The notes under the pieces: generated by a model | Told to the model about the DNA's origin: nothing | The model's database searches: none | Seen by the model: the letters and a program-made list of their open reading frames with translations, nothing else | Translations under genes and position numbers: made by a program | Part shown: positions 14,111-25,740 of the stretch, in pieces | Layout: each line of letters opens with the position of its first letter | Position numbering within the stretch: position 1 is the stretch's first letter | Assembly (NCBI GenBank): GCA_951804945.1 | Contig: OX638149.1 | Span: 95,232,001 to 95,296,000 of the forward strand | Direction of reading: 5' to 3' | DNA from: Podarcis cretensis | Taxonomy: Eukaryota | Length of the DNA: 64,000 nt

Positions 14111-15276
14111 ACGGCCAACTAAGTTTTCTCAGTGTGAGGAGAAACTTTTTATCAGAAGTTACGATCGACACACTAGTTTTTGTACATATCCTTATAGTAA
14201 TTCTTACAGTAATTGACTGTTGAAATGGGAATCAGTCATGGGGCAAAACAGAGCATCGTTTACTAAAGCATTACGTTGTGCCTTGGAAATGAAGCAGAGC
14301 TGACTGTCTTTACTCAGCAACTCTCTTAACACATAGGTGGATTCTTGCTGCTTCCTGATTTCTCCAGATTGGAACTATACAATACCAAAGTTGCACCTTC
14401 CTCTGAGAACAGCTGCTGCTTGTTCTTGCTACATGCACTGCAGTAGCTCAAATTGTAGGGGTCCAGAGTGTGCCTGGCCTTGTTACCTTTTGTAATCACC
14501 CCTTAAGAACATGGTTTTGCTAAAATAGGAGAGGGGGAGTCAGGAGTTAGGCCTTATTGATTTCATAACAAACTCCCTTGTCCTGCTCTGTCATAACTTG
14601 AGCAGTGCCAAACACTTTTGTTTCGGGAAATTTTAAATTGTGTCACTGCACATCTTTGTTTAGATACACTACACAGAAACAAAGCACTTCAGTTTAGGAG
14701 CAATTTGAAGAAGACAGGGAGAACTCTCCTATGTCTACGGATTGTGATGAGAATCAGGAAGACTTAACTGGCTTTCTCTTGTTTGCTGAACAGAAAAGGA
14801 ACAATACATATTATGCCCCATTAATTTTGTTGGAGCTGTATTTCACTCAGATTTAGTAAACCATTCTCAAAGGGCTCCTGCAAGTTAAAAAGCAATCGAA
14901 ATTTCCATATGTAGAAGGGGTTTAGTGATTCCCCCACCATCTCTGCCAAAATATTAAAATTAATCTAGGCTTTAATGTTAATTATCAAGAAAAAGTCACC
15001 TTTTTATGGGAGTAAAGATCTGTTTAAAACAAACCATTTATTATTTTATTGGGAAAGCCTTAACTGACATATTTGTATTGAAAGGTCTCCCTCAATGACC
15101 ATTATAAAATTTCTCTGTGGATATACTGTTATCTATCAGGTAACCACATAATAATTATCTATTCAAAAAAAACTGGTCAGCCCAGGTATTGTGCAGCTAA
15201 AATTGATTATGTGTGGCTGCTTTTCAAACTGACTAAGTCTAGGAACTTTTTCATCGTGTTCTATTTATATGTTTAA

Positions 15277-15411
<135 letters not shown>

Positions 15412-15480
15412 TGATTTGTTTCTACTCTTATGATACTTATTTGCATATGCCTTTATTTAACTGATGGTACACAACTGAGA

Positions 15481-15838
15481 GGGACGCAGGTTGCGCTGTG
15501 GGTTAAACCACAGAGCCTAGGACTTGCTGATCAGAAGGTCGGCAGTTTGAATCCCTGCAACGGGGTGAGCTCCCGTTGTTCAGTCCCAGCTCCTGCCCAC
15601 CTAGCAGTTCGAAAGCATGTCAAAGTGCAAGTAGATAAATAGGTACCGCTCCGGCGGGAAGGTAAATGGCGTTTCCGTTTGCTGCTCTGGTTCGCCAGAA
15701 GTGGCTTAGTCATGCTGGCCACATGACCCGGAGGCTGTACGCCGGCTCCCTCGGCCAATAAAGCGAGATGAGCGCCGCAACCTCAGAGTCGGTCACGACT
15801 GGACCTAATGGTCAGGGGTCCCTTTACCTTTACCTTTA
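15481..15838 (+). mobile_element. Sauria SINE
   Basis: tRNA-like head (GCGCTGTGG...GTTTGAATCCC), (ACCTTT)n tail, TSD ~tacac(t)aactgaga. Confidence 0.92.
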
Positions 15839-15984
15839 CACTAACTGAGAGGAATGTGAATCCCACACCAGCTCAGATTGAGTAATCTAACTTAGATTTC
15901 ACTTACAAGGTGCATTGTGATACTAGATAGCAGACTTGGAGAATCATTAAATTTTTCATTGTTATAATAATATATGTTGCATTT

Positions 15985-16250
15985 CTTCCTTGTCCTCTCC
16001 TGGTCCTGCTTCTGTTGGGCTACCCAGGGCTAAGCCACGGTTTGGCTTAGCATCACATCTGAACCTGAGCATGTGGTTTGTTTCCTCTAAACAAAGCATG
16101 AGTTGTAAACCACGAGCAAACCATAGTTGTGGCTCATGGTTTGTCTGTAGTAAGACAAACCACAAGCCTGGGTTTGGATATACTGCTAAGCCAAACCATA
16201 GCTTTACCCCAGGTAATGTGACAGCAGCAGAACTGGAGGAGGAGCATAGC
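15985..16250. repeat. ~260-bp imperfect palindrome (foldback element); related remnants near 6600-6810 and 8940-9125
   Basis: tacccagggctaagccacggtttggcttagca pairs with tgctaagccaaaccatagctttaccccaggta; pairing extends inward and outward. Confidence 0.7.
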
Positions 16251-16605
16251 AGTCACTATAATCTCTCCAGGAACCCACATGTTTGCTCGTCTGCAAGTCA
16301 CTATCAAAATGGCATGGGTCACATGCAAAGTCACTGGGTGGAGCTCAGAGATGGTTGGGTGACAAAGGAGAAAACGAGCTGAAACAATATTGTGATAATA
16401 ATACCCAGTACTGAACTTAACTTTAATATTCAGTAAAGTGGAGAATGAGTGTTTGTTATTGATATTATATCAACATTATCTACATCTGACAAGATACACA
16501 CTCATCCAGGTGCCAAATACCTTGATTTGAATGTTCTTACTGACTGCAAATTAAGGAAGCAGCAATCTTTTATGGGGTTTTGTTTTGTTTACTGTTTCTC
16601 TTCAG

Positions 16606-16717
16606 GAGCTTCTAACATGCTGTGAAGAAGGGAAGGGAGAACTCAAGGATGGTTTGGAAGTGATGCTCAGTGTTCCCAAGAAAGCCAATGATGCCATGCA
16701 TGTTAGCATGTTGGAAG
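16606..16717 (+). CDS. KALRN: KALRN exon, end of DH1 [37 protein letters not shown](G)
   Basis: cttcag|GAG...G|gtaagc; 112 nt; phase 0-1. Confidence 0.95.
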
Positions 16718-16754
16718 GTAAGCAGATTTTGACAGTAGGGAGAGGAATGTTACT

Positions 16755-16789
16755 ACATACATACATACATACATACATACATACATACA
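16755..16789. repeat. (ACAT)n microsatellite
   Basis: Direct reading. Confidence 0.9.
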
Positions 16790-17434
16790 TGAATATGCCA
16801 GTAAGTGCAGAAGTGAGCGTTCTTTTGGATGGATAAATAGATAACAGCATTTACAGATACTTGGCTTTACTAAGTAACTTTGCAGATTCCTGCTCCCAAA
16901 GAAAGAATGAAAGAAAGAACTTGAGACTGTCTATAACTTGTGCCACACATTCTTAAAAGTTTTTGTTTTCAACACACAACATATCTCCTTGAAGTTGCCA
17001 CATTTTGTCCAAGTTTAACTAGTGCCCCATTCCTTTTCGGCACATCTTCACCAATCCCTTTCCCTCTTGTTGCATAATCTATTTTTTGTTCTGTACAGTA
17101 GTTTTGTACAACTTTAGAAAGTGTGTTTGCATCAGAGTTCCAAAGGGTCATTGCTTCCTCACCCCATTTATGGAATCCCTCTTTTGGGAAGGAAAAGGGG
17201 GTCTCGGTGGTGGAACACAAGATTGATATGGCAAGGAGGTCAGACACAATCTCAGACTTGCACAGAATTTCATGGCATTTATAGATATGGCACATATGTC
17301 CTCTTCCCTTACTTTTGGTAATTCTTTAGAGAACAAGTTTCATTTCTCAGTCTCTGTCTTATCAGTTTGTCTAAAACCAACTTCATTTCATGATCTTTAT
17401 GTTTTTCATTTGATCTGATTTGTTTTATATGTAG

Positions 17435-17625
17435 GATTTGATGAAAATCTGGATGTTCAGGGAGAACTGATCCTTCAAGATTCCTTTCAAGTGTGGGACC
17501 CCAAATCTCTCATCCGGAAGGGTCGTGAGAGACATTTGTTTCTCTTTGAAATTTCTCTTGTTTTCAGCAAAGAGATCAAAGATTCTGCAGGGCACACTAA
17601 ATATGTTTACAAGAACAAATTACTG
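17435..17625 (+). CDS. KALRN: KALRN exon PH1 FDENLDVQGELILQDSFQVWDPKSLIRKGRERHLFLFE...YVYKNKLL
   Basis: atgtag|GA TTT...CTG|gtatgt; 191 nt; phase 1-0. Confidence 0.95.
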
Positions 17626-17933
17626 GTATGTTTGCTGAGACTAGGATGAATGTTTGTATGGGCTTATTTTTTAAGTATGAAGGGCGCAGAAATAAGGTGT
17701 GCATGTCTTTGTACCAAATTTGGAAGATGCTAGCAGTTTGGTGCCACATCCCATGAGGATTAGCTTTATTCTACTTTACTTGAGAAGCAATGTGCAGAGG
17801 ATACCCGAAAAGGCTTAACACTATTCAATAAAGTTACATCCATTGCAGTATGATACTAGGCGTGAGTTTCTTCCTAGCCTCAGTTCTAAATCTGTAGAAA
17901 ATGTGTTTCCCAACCATCTCTCTTTCCTAACAG

Positions 17934-18035
17934 ACCTCAGAGCTGGGAGTGACAGAGCATGTGGAAGGAGATCCCTGCAAATTTGCCTTGTGGTCTGGAC
18001 GGACTCCCTCCTCAGATAACAAAACAGTGCTGAAA
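17934..18035 (+). CDS. KALRN: KALRN exon PH1 TSELGVTEHVEGDPCKFALWSGRTPSSDNKTVLK
   Basis: taacag|ACC...AAA|gtgagt; 102 nt; phase 0-0. Confidence 0.95.
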
Positions 18036-18490
18036 GTGAGTCTCCAAGTTTATTTTCTGTGTCTTCATCTCATTGTTCTACCTCAGCAGCCATATGTTGT
18101 TAGATAAACCTAGCTCTGTGGTACAGCTAGCAGTTTGATATTGAGTTTGATGTAGAATAGAGTCCAGTTCTTCAGACTGTGGTTCCTTAGCAGTTCTCTA
18201 CTTCCACAGCTGGGAGTCTGCATACAGTCCACCTGATGATGTTGCATTAATAATGATGTAGCAGCTGAACTGGCCTTGAGGTAGGAGTTAGGATGCTGTG
18301 CCCATATGATTTAGCCACCTTGGGTCCCGTGCTGTGATGGGGATGCAGATCCTGCGAAACACAATGGCTCCTGTTCACCTACTCTCCCCATTTCAGGGCT
18401 TTCTACCAGCAAGTGATTGGGTTACCCCCCCCCCCCGCCAAGCTACTTATCACCAATTGGCCTAAAAGTTTCCCTCATGTCTCCCCAAGA

Positions 18491-18826
18491 AAGGACCCCT
18501 GACCGTTAGGTCCAGTTGTGGGTGACTCTGGGGTTGCGGCGTTCATCTCACTTTATTGGCCAAGGGAGCCAGCGTACAACTTCCGGGTCATGTGGTCAGC
18601 ATAACTAAGCTGCTTCTGGCGAACCAGAGCAGCGCATGGAAACGCCATTTATCTTCCCGCCAGAGCGGTACCTATTTATCTACTTGCACTTCGTGCTTTC
18701 GAACTGCTAGGTTGGCAAGAGCTGGGACAGAGCAACGAGCGCTCACCCCATTGCAGGGATTCAAACTGCCGACCTTCTGATCGGCAAGCCCTAGGCTCTG
18801 TGGTTTAACCCACAGCGCCACCTGCA
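18491..18826 (-). mobile_element. Sauria SINE (antisense)
   Basis: Reverse complement aligns along its length with the copy at 15481. Confidence 0.92.
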
Positions 18827-20048
18827 TAGAACTTGGCTTAAGACATGCATGGTGAATAATCAGAGATAACAAGGTTTTAATGAAGCGTAGATAAAAGTGT
18901 ACTAAAGTGATACAATAATTTCTTAAGAAAAGGGTTTTACGTGGAAAGGTTATTGAAAAACAAACTCAACCCACAAATGGAGCAAAAAACAACAACAAAT
19001 TAATCATGAAGGCTTACACACAAATTCCACACACTCTCTAGTCACATTCCTTAAGGCTACAGACTTAGGACCATCTTGCAATAGTGATCTGCCTCTCTAA
19101 GGATTTCCTGGGTACTTGTAACCTGAAAGTTCATTTGATTCACAAATCAAACAACACACCTTTCAAAGGCTTGAAAGAGAATGATGGCCCTTGTCCTTGA
19201 TAGACAACATACTTTCCTAACTAAAACAAGGCACCTAGCAAGTTAATTTTTTTTAAAAAAAGTAAGGTCTAGAAGGTTGATAGGAAATTAAATCATGCCC
19301 AGGCATTGCTAGGAAAAGTCCATGTGGTCCAATTGAATGCAGATCAGGTACATATTATCAGATTCATGAGACTGAAGTAGTCTGCAAGGGGGGGGGTTAA
19401 AATTGGATTTTATTAAAGATTTTGTTATGTTAAAAAACAAACACATAAACAAGGAAGAGGACACATAGCGTCTCCATTTTCAATTCATAGAGTCTTTTTC
19501 ATAGTTGGTTTATGTTCGGTATGAGACACTATTGTTATAGACATGCAGTTGTGGGGGGAGAGAGGGGGGAAGGGGGAAATGGTCTGCGGTGTTGACGTGG
19601 TGTGACGTAAGGAATGTATTTGCTATTCATTGCTTATAACAGAAGAGAATCAAGTTCACTGAAAGTTCCTTTATAGTATTCCCCCCCGCCCCTTAACTAC
19701 TGCCCAGTCTCTCTGGATTGTTTTGACTCTAACGATTTTTTCACCACCTGAACAAGCTGGTGATTTTTGCTGATTGATTTTGTTTTAACAAGGACCTTGT
19801 AGCATACAGAAATCCTAGTGATGGAACAACATCCTATTTCCCCCTCTGTCAGGCGTATTGTATTTCATGTACTACACACATTTATCTGGTTTTTGCTAAA
19901 GCAGCTGGTCAGGTGCTTTTGACACTTGAACTACTTATGATTTACCCAGGCAGATTGTTCTCTAATGAAGAACAAAGGAATGGAAGAAACTGAAACAAAG
20001 CACTAGAACATGAAGCCATACTTCTGCTTTCTCTGTTGAATTCTTTAG

Positions 20049-20191
20049 GCATCCAATATTGAAACAAAACAAGAGTGGATAAAAAATATTCGGGAAGTGA
20101 TTCAGGAAAGGATGATACACTTAAAGGGAGCCTTGAAAGAGCCAATACAGCTCCCCAAAACCCCAGCAAAGCAAAGAAACAACAGTAAGAG
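20049..20191 (+). CDS. KALRN: KALRN exon, end of PH1 ASNIETKQEWIKNIREVIQERMIHLKGALKEPIQLPKTPAKQRNNSK(R)
   Basis: ctttag|GCA...AG|gtaatc; 143 nt; phase 0-2. Confidence 0.95.
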
Positions 20192-21216
20192 GTAATCTTA
20201 GTAATTCCTTGGAATAGCTATGATTTTTAATCACTTGACGCTCTGCTTAAGGTAATTAGTTTGCTATGCAAAGGCTTTGTGAAGATTTGTCAATGTGGGA
20301 GTAATTGTATAAATAGTTGTTTCAGTGAATATCAGCAGCACAATAAACTTTGTCTACAGGGATCAGTTTCTCCCATAGCCATAGCCTTGGATCCAGCAGA
20401 AATCAGGCATGGCTCTGTCTCTCAGCTGCCCAGCTGGTTCCTTGCTTCTAGTTCACACTCCTCAACTCTGGCCTTTGTCTTTCTAACTAACAATTATATG
20501 TGGGAGCCCCCCCCCCCATTTTACCTCTAGCTTGGAGCCACTTCCTTTGTTACCTTAGCAACCCATACTTAGCTGGCCATTACCAAGAAACTTGCCTGGC
20601 TATTCCAGCAATTGAATCCTTGTTGGATCCAGGAATTAGAAGGGACTCAGGCATACAACCTGCCACCTGCTACATACAAAGAAACCCCACAATAGTATGA
20701 CTTACAGAGAGAACATTTGAATGGAAAGGTATGAAATACTCCAAACTCTTGTAAAATGTGGAAAATATATAAAATGGAGGGGAAGGGTATCAGTACATTA
20801 ATGTTTTGTACGTTTTTCCTTAAAGATTGTTATGATTTCTTAATTCAAACTACTAAAAATGCAAAGACTGAGAAATGACCCTTGGCAATTGGCGTCCGTT
20901 TTCCAAAACAGCAAAGCTATAATCTAGATAGCTTGGTTTGGTTATGTGAGAAATCCAAGCAGAATGGGCTATGGGCAGGCCACCCTCATTACAGAGCTAT
21001 TTTAAGAAACATTGCTGTCACCATATAAGCCCAGGATAGTCAATTTCCAAGAGCAAACATGGTTATTATGTGCTAGCTTCATGGTAGAGGTGACATCATT
21101 CTAAATTACAGATTGAGTTGTAACACAAATGTGATCGGCTGAGCAACTGACTTTTCACACACTAGCAGAGCAGTTTTCAAATCCATTGACGAAATTTTCT
21201 GGTTCTTTCCCTGCAG

Positions 21217-21319
21217 AGAGGGAGGAGAAGATGCCGACAGCCAAGGAGATGGGAGCAGTCAGCCAGACACAATTTCAATTGCATCCAGAACTTCTCAAAA
21301 TACAGTGGACAGTGACAAG
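21217..21319 (+). CDS. KALRN: KALRN exon, linker EGGEDADSQGDGSSQPDTISIASRTSQNTVDSDK
   Basis: ctgcag|A GAG...AAG|gtagga; 103 nt; phase 2-0; last exon shared by Kal7 and the long isoforms in mammals. Confidence 0.95.
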
Positions 21320-21640
21320 GTAGGATTTGTTCTTGAAAATATAGCACTGCTGATTCTAGGCAGAAGAAAAGTATTAAACTGTCGTCAGAGATAAAAATTA
21401 AGTGTTCTGTCTTTTTGGAACTGCTTAAACTGTCCGTTTACGTTCCATGGCTGCATAGAGTTCATATCAGGTATGTCCAACTTTGTCCCTCAGCTGACAG
21501 AAGTCTCTTTGATCCTGTGGAGGTTTCCATGAGTGGAAAGGGACAGGAGATGATTTTTGCAAATTTCCCTTGTGCCGCTTTCCATTCTATTCAAAAACAT
21601 CCTCTGGAGCAGATTTGAGGGGCACAGAAAATATTACCTC

Positions 21641-21817
21641 CTCCCTCAGGAGGTTGTACAGTCTCCCTCAGGAGGTTGTGGACTCTCCTTCCTTGGAGGT
21701 TTATAAGCAGAGGTTGGATGGCCATCTGTCATGGATGCTTTAGCTGAGATTCCAGCATTGCAGGGGGTTGGAATAGATGACCTTTGGGTCCTTTCCAACT
21801 CAAAGATTCTATGATTC
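21641..21817 (+). mobile_element. CR1 LINE 3' fragment
   Basis: ...GGGGTTGGAATAGATGACC...TTCCAACTC...GATTCTATGATTC tail; 17-bp tandem duplication at its 5' edge. Confidence 0.8.
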
Positions 21818-22780
21818 AATGTTTCTGCCTTTCTACTCATAGAAGCTTCAATTGGATCAAATTGCCCTTCTCTCAATGAAGAGACACAATTGAATACAAC
21901 TCATTCTTTGTGAGTGTGAGCATCCTGGAAAAGTAAAGCAGCCAGGCTGGATTCGCTCCATAAACTGGATCCAGGGTTATTTTTTCTTTCTTTCTTGGCA
22001 CATTGGCATTGTGAATTGCGCGTCATCCTTAAGTAGTTATCACCAAGAATTTATGTGATGCAAATGTAAAAGAGCTGAGTTGCACTCAAGTCTGTGGCAC
22101 CATAACATGGAAAAGACTTTCCTTTCCAAGTAATGTCCATGTGTTACTCCTGCTCTGTAATAGCAGGTGGAGGAGGAAGGATGGGCAAGGAGGCAAGGGC
22201 TGATTAGCAGGGCCAGCCTGATAGCATAAGCAACCTAAGTAGTCACTTGGGGAAGGAATGTTTTTAAGGTTGTAAGTAGATTAGTGTGTGATTTGTGATT
22301 TGTAGCCCAGAAACTCTTTCAATATTCTGGTGGCCATCAGGGTACTACTTCTGGATTGAGGGAGGCTCTGCTTGCTTCCTCGAAATTTTAAGACACACAT
22401 TTCAGATTGTACAGCACAATTGCTTGGAGGCATAGACAGATGGGGAATGTGAGCTTGTTGGACCCTGGAAATTGGTGGTGTTAGAAGAGGCCCTGTCAGG
22501 AATTGATAAACCACATATGAAGAGGGCTGCCAGGTCCAGGAACTCAAACGCACTTCAGCAAGAACAACACAAGACTTTAGTGTGGTGTCCAAGGTGCAAA
22601 ACCTGGTAAGGAGTCATTTTGTGGGGTTGAATAGTCTCTGTCTTTTCTCTCTTTGACATAGTGGAATGCTTGAAGATGATTGGATTCTGTTTTCATTGAA
22701 TGCATTGTTCAGATCTGGATATTCAGTTGCCATATTAATTTGATTGGGAACAGAAATGCATCTGCTTGGTATTGTTTCCT

Positions 22781-22915
22781 NNNNNNNNNNNNNNNNNNNN
22801 NNNNNNNNNNNNNNNNNNNNNNNNNNNNNNNNNNNNNNNNNNNNNNNNNNNNNNNNNNNNNNNNNNNNNNNNNNNNNNNNNNNNNNNNNNNNNNNNNNNN
22901 NNNNNNNNNNNNNNN
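22781..22915. other. Assembly gap
   Basis: 135 N. Confidence 1.
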
Positions 22916-22951
22916 GTCCCAAGGCACACAATTCAGAATGCAGACTTCTGA

Positions 22952-23108
22952 TTCAGTATCTGAAGTATCTTCAGTATCTGAAGAAGTGTGCATGCACACG
23001 AAAGCTTATACCCAGAACAAACTTAGTTGGTCTCTAAGGTGCTACTGGACAATTTTTTTATTTCATTTCGACAGCGTCAGACCAACACAGCTACCTACCT
23101 GAATCTAG
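22952..23108 (+). mobile_element. Penelope-like element terminus (pseudo-LTR fragment)
   Basis: ctgaagaagtgtgcatgcacacgaaagcttata...ttagttggtctctaaggtgctac, typical of reptile Penelope ends. Confidence 0.75.
22974..23011 (+). ncRNA. Minimal type I hammerhead ribozyme of the Penelope terminus
   Basis: Stem I gtat/atac; CUGAAGA core (22978-22984); stem II GUGUG-CAUG-CACAC; GAAA; loopless palindromic stem III AGCU; predicted cleavage after U23007. Confidence 0.65.
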
Positions 23109-23273
23109 AATCATGCAGAAGCAATTACTGAGCTGTAGTTTGCTGATTGCTATTGAGTCTTGAAATATCACTGTTTGGTTCAGGTACAAAAGCAGTAAAG
23201 GTATAAAAAATTTGCTAAACTGCCTGAAGAGTTTTGTCTGTGGTACATTTGGGACAATGTTATGGTACATGCC

Positions 23274-23434
23274 ATAGAATTATAGAAGTGTAGAGTTGGA
23301 AGGGTCATTTAGTCCAAAAACCTGCAATGCAGGAATCTGAACTAAACCATTGATGGCCATCCAACCTCTGCTTAGAAACCTCCAATGCAGGAGAGTCCAC
23401 AACCACCTGAGGGAGTCTGTTCCATGGTCGAACA
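23274..23434 (-). mobile_element. CR1 LINE 3' fragment
   Basis: Reverse complement of the same CR1 3' end. Confidence 0.75.
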
Positions 23435-23719
23435 TATGTCCTTTCCAGAAGCAGGGTAAATACCATAAGCAGCATTGTTGGCAGAGCAAACCTGTGAAAC
23501 AGGAGTAAATCTTAAATGAATAACTTTTATAGGAGTCCTAAGATATACAAATTATGTTTGCATTAAAGGCATATTCCGGTGTTATTGGTTTAATTTCCTT
23601 CCAATAAAGTGGCAGTCATATGATCCTTCACAGATGTCTAAAAGGTCAGTAGGGCTGGGCAAATGCACTGTTCCAAACACATTGTTCAGAAGCAGCACAA
23701 AAGTTAGCTATGCTTCTTC

Positions 23720-23752
23720 CTTTTCTTTTCTTTTCTTTTCTTTTCTTTTCTT
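23720..23752. repeat. (TTTTC)n microsatellite
   Basis: Direct reading. Confidence 0.9.
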
Positions 23753-24449
23753 AGGACGAATTTTGTATGCGGTTTGCTTAAGCGATTAGAGATCAAGCTC
23801 TAGTTTGTTATCATGGTTGTACACTTGCTTAACTTTCTTGGCAGTCTGAATCTCTGAATTTCAATTTTTTTTGTAAAGAATGACATATTACAATTAAGCA
23901 CATAATCAAAGCCCTTGAGAAACCACAATAATCTTGCTCACAATAAAAGTGACCTTAAAGCAAGGAACCAAGTCTGTTGGCAATACATTTTGAAGTCTGC
24001 AATATTTTGTCTGAAGGATCTTTTTCTTTTTTTCATTTCAAAATTTGGAAACTGTGGCAGAATTTAGACTGTACATCTTATCCTGACTATTGCAAACCCT
24101 AGCAGCTGGCTGCAGATCTACTCACTTATTGACCACTCTGGCCACCAACATCCCCATCCTCAAAGAAGATTATGCATTTTCTGAGAATTTAAGGCAAATT
24201 TCCCATGGCAACACATCTGCAGTGCCTCTCCAGCTGTTCCCATCCCTGCAAAACTGAAGCAAAGGCCAATCATTCAGTGATTTCCTGTTATGTGCATATG
24301 TCACACATTGCTTTCTCAGGGAGTGATGCGGGTTTTTTGAAACATCCAAAGGCTGCATGTTACAGGTGGAAAAAATGATTTCTAACTGGTCACATTTATA
24401 CTAAAACATACTCAGCCAATTTATATACCACTCACTGAAAATATATATA

Positions 24450-24638
24450 CAGTGGTACCTCCGGTTGCAGACAGGATCTGTTCCAGAGGTCTGGCCGGAT
24501 CCTGGGGTTTTCGGAACTGGAGAGACTGCTTCTGCGCACACGCATGTGGCAAAAACCCCGAAATATACTTCCGGGTTTGCTGCTTATGTATCCCGAAGTT
24601 TACGTCACTGGAGGGATATGTAAGCGAACGTACGACTG
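24450..24638. mobile_element. Tigger/pogo-like MITE
   Basis: TA|cagtggtacc...gtacgactg|TA. Confidence 0.75.
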
Positions 24639-24842
24639 TATATATATGTGTGTGTGTGTATTCCTGTAGGCTGTGGACAATAAGAAAAAATTATCCAGGC
24701 TGTATTAATGCCATAAGAAATAGTGTCTGAACAGTTCAACACATTGGGTTGATATGGTGGCAGAATTTACCTGTCTCTTGCCTTCCATTTGCCTGCTCTT
24801 CTACTGCCTGTGTTCATTTTGCTTGGCTCAATATGCAGCTTG

Positions 24843-24878
<36 letters not shown>

Positions 24879-24892
24879 TTTACTTACTTACT
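24843..24892. repeat. (CTTA)n microsatellite
   Basis: Direct reading; explains the LLTY-repeat ORFs. Confidence 0.9.
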
Positions 24893-25606
24893 TTGTGCCT
24901 TAGTTATGCAACTGCTAAAATTCATCAAGTCCCATCTACCACAGTCAGAAGCCAGGGGCCCATGGGGCTCTCATCTGAAGTCCATGCTTATGTTATATTT
25001 TCATATTGTAATGTATGGTATGGAGACTCCCTTCTGTTTGACTTGTATTTTGGTAACTTATTTCAAATTTTCTCCATGATGGGGAGGGGGGCAGAATATG
25101 ATTGTCACTTTGCCTTTTAGAGTTCTAGTCTGGCTTGTATTATTTTTGAGCATGTGTCTTCCTGCGATGCCACTGGGGAGCTGTAGCGGGAGGGTGGGCA
25201 GGCAGCTCTGTGTTGCTTGATGTCCTGTTTGGCTTGCATCATTGTGGATCCTGATTGGCTGCTGGAACATGGAGGAGGAAGCATTGGCACCTCCAGTGGC
25301 ATTTAACTATTTTTTAAAGTTAAATGTTTCTTTGGTGAGCATGAAGTCTCCCTTTGACAATACAACTCAGAATCCACTTATGATAACTTTCCCATATAGA
25401 TTATCTGCAGAGGAATAGACAATGCCCTTTTTACCTTCATATGTGCTGCTATCAAATATGCTGCCAAGAGTCTTTATGCTGTATTGATGTAGCTCCCTCT
25501 CCCCAAATAGAAAACTCTTTTTATTCTAGTGGTCATAACAGTTTCAAGTGTAAGAATCAAACAACAACAGAACAAAACGCTATGTGGTTAGTGTTTTATA
25601 TAAAGG

Positions 25607-25740
25607 CAGTGCTTTTCTTCAGGGGTTACTCAAGGGTCCACGGTACCGGTACACCTCTCTTTTTTTGTTAAAAAATGTGGCACTTACTGTAACAGCTTCA
25701 TGGTGAGTACTGGCACCTGTTTTTCTAGAAACAAGCACTG
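25607..25740. mobile_element. hAT MITE
   Basis: TIR cagtgctt / aagcactg; 8-bp TSD tataaagg / tatacagg. Confidence 0.8.

Noticed and set aside
19400-19900. Possible antisense L1 3' remnant
   Set aside because: Compositionally suggestive only; I could not fix boundaries, a TSD or a translated motif.
22614-23102. ORFs containing X runs (also 3315-3621)
   Set aside because: Artefacts of the N gaps.
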